From Desulfitobacterium nosdiversum (GTDB lineage Bacteria; Bacillota; Desulfitobacteriia; Desulfitobacteriales; Desulfitobacteriaceae), in NCBI RefSeq assembly GCF_049860565.1, contig NZ_CP172056.1:2103543-2127542 (forward strand): a DNA stretch of 24,000 nucleotides, read 5' to 3'. The first letter of the stretch is position 1, and each line of letters opens with the position of its first letter. Shown piece after piece: positions 16,620 through 22,359 of the stretch. The notes below the pieces were generated by a model. That model saw only the letters and a list, made by a program, of their open reading frames with translations, searched no databases and was not told the origin of the DNA. A program made the translations under genes and the position numbers.

Positions 16620-17068
16620 AGGCTCGGAGGCAAATGAAGATTCAGGAGATTATCACCAAAGAGGCCATTCATACCCAGGAAGAATTAGCGGAACATTTAC
16701 GGGAGGAAGGTTATGATGTAACCCAAGCGACCGTATCGCGGGATATCAAAGAAATGGGACTGATCAAAGTTCCTACTCCAGACGATGATTATCGCTATGC
16801 CATTCCTGGATCGGCTCAGACCGTCAATTCCTTGGAACGCTTAAAACGCAGGATGCAGGAAACAGTGGTCACCGTTAACGACAGTGAAAACCTGATCGTG
16901 ATCCGAACGATTCCTGGAAATGCTCAAGCACTTGCTGATTTAATTGATAAAGGAAATTGGAAAGAAATTATTGGCACGGTCGCCGGGGATGATACAATCC
17001 TCCTTGTGATTAAACCACTGAGTGCTGTTGCCGAAGTCCGCAAACGGATTGCAGACATCATGGGTTAA
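16616..17068 (+). CDS. argR: Arginine repressor
   Basis: [49 protein letters not shown] is a winged-helix N-domain. The C-terminal oligomerisation domain contains [12 protein letters not shown]. ATGA overlap with the upstream gene. RBS GGGAGG. Confidence 0.9.
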   Translation: [150 protein letters not shown]

Positions 17069-17097
17069 GGCGTTTGAGTTAGAGAGGGGGGACTCTA

Positions 17098-18765
17098 ATG
17101 CTTACAGAGATGCATGTCGAGAATTTTGCACTGATGGAGAATGTCCGTTTAAATTTTAAAGAAGGTTTAACGGTCTTTACCGGGGAAACAGGAGCGGGGA
17201 AATCCATGCTGATCGATGCCTTAGGATTATTGCTTGGAGGCAGAGCCAGCACAGATTTTATTCGCCATGGGCTTGAAAAAGCTCGAGTCGAAGGCGTTTT
17301 TGAAAATTTACCTCAAGGCTTGGCGGAGAAACTTGAGGAAGAAGGATATGCTCCGGAAGATGGACAGCTTTTTCTTTATCGTGAAATTAATATGAATGGT
17401 CGGAATGGATGCCGTGTGCAGGGGCGTACGGTTCCGCTCAGTCTTTACCGTGTCCTTTGCCAGGGATTAGTGGACATTCATGGGCAAATGGAGCATCAGT
17501 CTTTATTTAATTCCGAAACTCATTGTGATCTGTTGGATGCTTTCGGCGGAGAGGAACTTCTTCAGATTCTTAAACATGTTAACGAGCAAGCTCAAAACTA
17601 TCGTGCACTTTTAAATGAAGAAAAGGAGCTCTTATCCTCAGAACGGGATCGTGTTAAACGTGAGGAAATGCTGAGCTTTCAGATTAAGGAAATCGCTGCG
17701 ATAGAACCTCAGGTTGGAGAAGAAGAGGAACTGCAGCTCGAAAAGAAACGGTTGGGTAATCACGAAAAGCTTTTAAATTTAACAACTGAGCTCTATGCAA
17801 ATCTTTATCAGGCTTCTCAGGGACAATCCGCATATGATCTTTTAAGCGGGAGCCTTAAAATTGTTCAGGAGCTTGGCCGTTATGACGACCGCTTAGAGGA
17901 ATTAAATGAACCGCTTGAAACCATTTATTACAGTCTTGAAGATTTAATTGAACGAATCCGTTCTTATCAGGAAAATCTAGAGTTTGAACCCGGCCGATTG
18001 GATCAAATCGAGGAACGGTTAATTCAACTGCATCGTTTGCGTAAGTATGGTCTTACGGTTGAAGAAATTTTAAAAGCTAAAGAAGAGATGGAGGAAGAAC
18101 TTCATCGGATTACGCATCTTCAGGAAGGATTGGAACAGCTTCAAAATAAAAAGAAGCATGTCTTGAATGAATATAAAAAATGGTCCGCCCTGTTGACCGA
18201 AAGGCGCAGTGCTGTTGCTAAAAAGCTCGAAGAAGGACTTCACGTAGAATTATCAAGTCTTGGTTTAGAAAAAAGTCACTTTGAAGTCCATTTTATAACC
18301 GTTCAAGAACCACACCCAGGCGGAGCGGAAAATGTTGAATTTTATTTTACAGCCAATTTAGGCGAGCCTGCTAAACCCCTCGTGAAAGTAGCTTCCGGCG
18401 GAGAAATGTCGCGTTTAATGCTTGCGTTAAAAAGTTTGCTTGCAAAAATAGAAACCGTAGGAACGTTTGTTTTTGACGAAGTGGATAGCGGGGTAGGCGG
18501 ACGCACTATTCAAAAAGTTGGTGAGAAGCTGGCTAAAATTGCAGAGGCAAAACAAGTTTTTTGCATAACACATTCTGCACCGGTGGCGGCATTTGCTGAT
18601 GAACATTTCGGAATTATTAAGGAAACAGTAGGAGAAAGAACCCGGACAGCGGTTAACCGCTTAGATGAACAAGCGCGAATTGAAGAACTTTCCCGAATGC
18701 TTGGAGGATCAGCAGATATTTCTCTCCAGCATGCTGAGCAATTATGGCGTGCACGTAATAAGTAA
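17098..18765 (+). CDS. recN: DNA repair protein RecN
   Basis: 555 aa. Walker A motif GETGAGKS, a long central coiled coil, the C-terminal signature ASGGEMSRLMLALK and Walker B FVFDEVDSGVGG. RBS GAGAGGGGGG. Confidence 0.95.
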   Translation: MLTEMHVENFALMENVRLNFKEGLTVFTGETGAGKSMLIDALGLLLGGRASTDFIRHGLEKARVEGVFENLPQGLAEKLEEEGYAPEDGQLFLYREINMNGRNGCRVQGRTVPLSLYRVLCQGLVDIHGQMEHQSLFNSETHCDLLDAFGGEELLQILKHVNEQAQNYRALLNEEKELLSSERDRVKREEMLSFQIKEIAAIEPQVGEEEELQLEKKRLGNHEKLLNLTTELYANLYQASQGQSAYDLLSGSLKIVQELGRYDDRLEELNEPLETIYYSLEDLIERIRSYQENLEFEPGRLDQIEERLIQLHRLRKYGLTVEEILKAKEEMEEELHRITHLQEGLEQLQNKKKHVLNEYKKWSALLTERRSAVAKKLEEGLHVELSSLGLEKSHFEVHFITVQEPHPGGAENVEFYFTANLGEPAKPLVKVASGGEMSRLMLALKSLLAKIETVGTFVFDEVDSGVGGRTIQKVGEKLAKIAEAKQVFCITHSAPVAAFADEHFGIIKETVGERTRTAVNRLDEQARIEELSRMLGGSADISLQHAEQLWRARNK

Positions 18766-18769
18766 CTTA

Positions 18770-18953
18770 ATACTAAGTTGCGTTAAATATATCACATGCA
18801 TTAAAAGACACAAAATTAGGCCTGGCTGTCACATGACAGCAGCAAGCGGAGCAGGAGCGAAGCGCGGCTATTTGCGCCCGGAAAAGCAGTCAAGTGATAG
18901 CTAGGCCTTGCCCTTGAGTGGGACTATATATTATTTCATACGCAAATGAGTAT
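18770..18953 (+). repeat. Palindromic intergenic repeat, copy 2 (184 bp)
   Basis: Same element and orientation as 7716-7915, lacking the 16-bp segment. Central stem 18818-18837 / 18889-18908. It lies between the recN stop (18765) and the terminator at 19015-19049. Confidence 0.9.
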
Positions 18954-19014
18954 AAAAATGATTATTTTTTAATTGTAAGTTTTGTTAATATAAAATTGTA
19001 AAGTGGAAATATTT

Positions 19015-19049
19015 AAGAAGGTTAGTCGCCTTCTTTTTTTTTATTTTTC
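19015..19049 (+). terminator. Intrinsic terminator ending the xseA-recN transcription unit
   Basis: AAGAAGG (19015-19021), loop TTAGTCG, CCTTCTT (19029-19035), then a long T-run (TTTTTTTTATTTTT). The stem is only 7 bp. Confidence 0.6.
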
Positions 19050-19218
19050 AGCTTATCAAAAATAATCCTGTTTTTGTTTTGGAAATCATGGAACGGATTT
19101 TACAGGATGAAAAACAAGCAATATGGACAATTTAACATTAGATTTCAATTAAATAAAGTTTTTAACTGAAATCGGGGGAAAAAAAAGAAATTTGGGGAGA
19201 AAAAGACTGGAGGGTGAT

Positions 19219-20478
19219 ATGAGAGTGAAAACGAGGAGAACAGTCATCTTCGGAAGTCTTCTTCTCTGTACCTTCCTAGGAATTCAGCCTATGATTCAGC
19301 AGCTTGCGGGAATTCCAGAGTTTAAAGAGCAAAGTAATGAAGCTCTTCCTCAACTTACCGGATTATTTTCTCAAGTTGTCAAAGCTGAACCCAATGTTTC
19401 AACAAACGCAGTTATGGCTTCAACCGGAAAACCTGAAGTGATTCATGTTTCCTATAAGCTTTTCGGCTTATTTCCAATCAAAAATACAGAAATTAAGGTT
19501 ATGCCGGAAGTAAAGCTCATCCCTGGCGGTCAATCGATTGGAGTCAGCCTTCAAGCAAAAGGAGTTATGGTTGTTGGTCAAGCTGCTGTTACAGGAAAAG
19601 ACGGAAAGCCTGTTTATCCCGCTAAAGAAGCGGGCATCGAAATTGGGGATGTTATTTTAAAAGTTGACAATCAAGAGGTTAAAACGGATCAAGATGTAGC
19701 TAATGCAATTAACCAGGCGGGAATGAAACAAGGTTATGCAGAAATCCTTTGTCAGCGAAATGGCCAAACAACTCAAAAGAGAATTAACACCGTTTATTGT
19801 CCGGAAACAAATCGGTATCGCGTTGGGCTTTACGTTCGTAATGAAGCAGCCGGAGTGGGAACGCTAACATTTTATGAGCCTCAAAGTCATAAATACGGAG
19901 CTTTAGGACATGTTATCAACGATGCTGATACAAATCAAAAAATAGAAGTTTTAAATGGAAGTGTTATTGCTTCTTCAATCTATGCCATTGAAAAAGGACG
20001 CAGAGGTCATCCAGGAGAAAAAGTAGGTTCTTTTGTCAGCCAAACTTCTTTTTCCGGAAATATTGAAAAAAACTCTGTTTCTGGTATTTTTGGAATCATG
20101 CAGGGGCAAGTTCTTAATCCTTACTTTAAAGAAGCTATTCCTGTCTCTTGGGAAGCTGAAATTAAAGAAGGTCCTGCAAAGATTTATACGGTCCTGGAAG
20201 GAGAAACAATTGAGGAATTTGACGTTCAAATTGAACGAATCATGCAGAATCGAATCGATAGCAAAAATATGGTCATCCATGTTACTGATCCGCGTTTATT
20301 AGAAAAAACAGGGGGAATTATTCAAGGAATGAGCGGAAGTCCAATTATTCAAGACGGTAAAATTGTGGGTGCTATTACTCATGTTTTTGTTAATGATGCT
20401 ACCCGGGGTTACGGTGTTTTCATACAAAACATGCTTAAGGAAGCGGGAGTCATTTCCGGGCAAGATGAGGCCGCTTAA
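19219..20478 (+). CDS. spoIVB: SpoIVB peptidase (S55 signalling serine protease of sporulation)
   Basis: ATG at 19219 lies 5 nt after GGAGGGTG. N-terminal TM segment (VIFGSLLLCTFLGI), a PDZ-like region (GIEIGDVILKVDNQEV), catalytic-region motifs GALGHVI and GMSGSPIIQDGKIVGAITHVF. The listed start 19192 is less likely. Confidence 0.9.
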   Translation: MRVKTRRTVIFGSLLLCTFLGIQPMIQQLAGIPEFKEQSNEALPQLTGLFSQVVKAEPNVSTNAVMASTGKPEVIHVSYKLFGLFPIKNTEIKVMPEVKLIPGGQSIGVSLQAKGVMVVGQAAVTGKDGKPVYPAKEAGIEIGDVILKVDNQEVKTDQDVANAINQAGMKQGYAEILCQRNGQTTQKRINTVYCPETNRYRVGLYVRNEAAGVGTLTFYEPQSHKYGALGHVINDADTNQKIEVLNGSVIASSIYAIEKGRRGHPGEKVGSFVSQTSFSGNIEKNSVSGIFGIMQGQVLNPYFKEAIPVSWEAEIKEGPAKIYTVLEGETIEEFDVQIERIMQNRIDSKNMVIHVTDPRLLEKTGGIIQGMSGSPIIQDGKIVGAITHVFVNDATRGYGVFIQNMLKEAGVISGQDEAA

Positions 20479-20511
20479 ACATATTTCTCTCTAAATAATA
20501 AGAATCATATA

Positions 20512-20547
20512 TGGATAGTCATTATATGACTATCCAATTTTTTATTT
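20512..20547 (+). terminator. Intrinsic terminator after spoIVB
   Basis: TGGATAGTCAT (20512-20522), loop TAT, ATGACTATCCA (20526-20536), followed by ATTTTTTATTT. Confidence 0.8.
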
Positions 20548-20584
20548 AAAAAAATTATAATTAGAGAATTTCATCTTTAACTTA

Positions 20585-20593
20585 TGATATAAT
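20585..20593 (+). promoter_or_regulatory. Extended -10 element (TGATATAAT); candidate vegetative spo0A promoter
   Basis: TG at 20585-20586 and TATAAT at 20588-20593. The -35 region is poor (AGAATT at 20565-20570), which an extended -10 can compensate for. Confidence 0.4.
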
Positions 20594-20670
20594 GGAAATT
20601 GCCAAAGTTTTCAAAATAAAAATTTTCTCAATTAATTTACGTTTTGTACATTAATTTTAAATATATAAGC

Positions 20671-20695
20671 AGGAAAATCTATACAATTGTCGAAT
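20671..20695 (+). promoter_or_regulatory. Sigma-H-like promoter overlapped by a Spo0A box (TGTCGAA)
   Basis: AGGAAAAT (20671-20678), 13 nt, then GAAT (20692-20695) resembles the sigma-H consensus (AGGAWWT ... RGAAT). TGTCGAA at 20688-20694 matches the 0A-box consensus TGNCGAA exactly. Confidence 0.5.
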
Positions 20696-20746
20696 TAAAA
20701 AACACTTCGATCTGGATAAAGAATCCAGAACAAGGAGGAGCAATAA

Positions 20747-21586
20747 ATGCAAAGACCCATTCGAGTTTTAGTCGCCGATGATAACCGTGAATTGATTGAA
20801 GTCTTGAGTGAATACATCAATCGGCAGGAAGACATGCAAATTGCCGGGGTTGCTTATAATGGAAATGAGGCACTTGATCTTATTTATCGAGAACAACCTG
20901 ATGTTGTAGTCTTGGATATTATCATGCCTCATTTGGATGGCTTAGGGGTATTGGAAAAGATCCAAAACGATATTCAAAAACCACATGTTATAATACTAAC
21001 GGCGTTTGGACAAGAAAGTATGACTCAACGCGCAGTCCGTCTTGGCGCAGATTATTTTGTTTTAAAGCCCTTTGATTTAGATACGCTTGGGAAAAGAATT
21101 CGCCAACTGCAAGGGGCAGAATCCGTAAATGTTAATCAGGCTTCTTCTATGCTCGTAAAAAATGCAGTTAACAATTCTTCGATCGCAACCTCATTTGCCT
21201 CAGGCAATAGCAGTTCTGAAGGTATTCCCAATTCACGCAACTTGGAAGTTGAAGTTACACGCATGATTCATCAAATGGGAGTACCGGCCCATGTTAAAGG
21301 ATATCAATATTTAAGAGATGCAATTGTGAGTGTTGTTCAAGAAGTATCGCTTTTAGGAGCTGTTACGAAAGAACTTTATCCTTTGATTGCTGAAAAATAT
21401 GACACGACACCCAGCCGTGTGGAACGTGCCATTCGACATGCCATTGAATTGGCTTGGGATCGGGGAAATATCGAATTTATGAATCGATTCTTTGGTTATA
21501 CCATTAACGTTGATCGGGGTAAACCAACAAATTCAGAATTTATCGCAATGGTTGCCGATAAGCTGCGTATGGCAAGTTTATTGTAA
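20747..21586 (+). CDS. spo0A: Sporulation master regulator Spo0A
   Basis: Receiver domain (VLVADDN, phospho-acceptor context [19 protein letters not shown]) and the Spo0A-specific C-terminal DNA-binding domain ([45 protein letters not shown]). RBS AAGGAGG at 20732-20738. Confidence 0.97.
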   Translation: MQRPIRVLVADDNRELIEVLSEYINRQEDMQIAGVAYNGNEALDLIYREQPDVVVLDIIMPHLDGLGVLEKIQNDIQKPHVIILTAFGQESMTQRAVRLGADYFVLKPFDLDTLGKRIRQLQGAESVNVNQASSMLVKNAVNNSSIATSFASGNSSSEGIPNSRNLEVEVTRMIHQMGVPAHVKGYQYLRDAIVSVVQEVSLLGAVTKELYPLIAEKYDTTPSRVERAIRHAIELAWDRGNIEFMNRFFGYTINVDRGKPTNSEFIAMVADKLRMASLL

Positions 21587-21632
21587 AACCTTTAAATTGC
21601 TTTATAAAGTTTAAAATAATTTATCGTTGCTG

Positions 21633-21688
21633 ACACCTTTTCATTCAATCTTTAATTAAGAGTGGAATGAAAGGTGTTTTTTATTTTT
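21633..21688 (+). terminator. Intrinsic terminator after spo0A
   Basis: ACACCTTTTCATTC (21633-21646) pairs with GAATGAAAGGTGT (21665-21677) with one bulge. TTTTTTATTTTT follows. Confidence 0.8.
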
Positions 21689-21701
21689 AAATTAAAAAAA
21701 G

Positions 21702-21730
21702 TTGACAAGAAAATTTAACTATAGTACATT
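21702..21730 (+). promoter_or_regulatory. Sigma-A-type promoter candidate for the orphan gene at 21811
   Basis: TTGACA (21702-21707), a 17-bp spacer, then TACATT (21725-21730), preceded by an A-rich UP-like tract. Confidence 0.55.
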
Positions 21731-21810
21731 TTAAGTGAAAAAACTTACAAGTACAATGAATATAATAAGTAAGCGTTCAAGAAAAGATTAACAAATAGGA
21801 GGTAATCATT

Positions 21811-22236
21811 ATGTCGAATGGCTGTTTAGAATTAGAACGTATTCAACGATTTACTTCGGTCGGTCAAGATGGTGGCATAAGAGAACTCTGCGAGCTTGAA
21901 AAAGAAGAATATAATGAAATTTATAATGAGCTGATAAGCATGTATGAAGAAAAGGGCGGAAAGATTACAAAAGATGCTGAAATTCAAGTTATCAATAAAT
22001 TTACGACGAGTAATGATGAATGTATATCTCCTAAGGGATTAGTGAATGTAAGTCTGGAATATCTGGCCAAGTTGTTGACTTTTGCGAATACTGCAGGCAT
22101 TCAATGGGAAGTTAATGTAAGTGAAAACAACCACACGCATTTTAAAAACCTATATAACTTTAATGTAAAGCTAAAGTGCTTGAAAAGAGAATTCGTGGAT
22201 ATGGCTATAGGAAAGGGATTTAGGTGTCCAGGATAA
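21811..22236 (+). CDS. Hypothetical protein (141 aa, no family recognised)
   Basis: A strong RBS AGGAGG (21797-21802) lies 8 nt before the ATG. The gene has its own promoter-like element and terminator. It has no signal peptide or TM segment. The N-terminal half is acidic and Glu/Lys-rich, and there are five Cys. Confidence 0.6.
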   Translation: MSNGCLELERIQRFTSVGQDGGIRELCELEKEEYNEIYNELISMYEEKGGKITKDAEIQVINKFTTSNDECISPKGLVNVSLEYLAKLLTFANTAGIQWEVNVSENNHTHFKNLYNFNVKLKCLKREFVDMAIGKGFRCPG

Positions 22237-22288
22237 AATAGTGTTTTAATGGTTATTAATTTGATGTAAAATAATATTGTTAGATTTG

Positions 22289-22322
22289 AAGCAGGTGAAT
22301 CTCCGTCACCTGCTTTTGGTTT
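22289..22322 (+). terminator. Intrinsic terminator after the orphan gene
   Basis: AAGCAGGTGA (22289-22298), loop ATCTCCG, TCACCTGCTT (22306-22315), a perfect 10-bp stem, then TTGGTTT. Confidence 0.75.
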
Positions 22323-22359
22323 ATTAAAGTTTAGGGATAAAGAGAGAAAAGAGAAGATC

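Noticed and set aside
9072-19218. Upstream extensions of listed ORFs: xseA 9072, xseB 10258, ispA 10490, yuiD-like 11449, dxs 12461, tlyA 14394, argR 16580, spoIVB 19192.
   Set aside because: Each extension runs into the preceding gene or lacks an RBS. In every case an internal ATG or GTG with a Shine-Dalgarno sequence gives the N-terminus typical of the family. The chosen starts remain predictions.
19050-19218. Sigma-F/sigma-G promoter for spoIVB (for example CATTAGA near 19134, or the GGGGAAAAAA tract near 19175).
   Set aside because: No candidate has both a consensus-like -10 (CATnnTA or GGnnAnAHTR) and a properly spaced -35. I am not reporting a promoter I cannot support.
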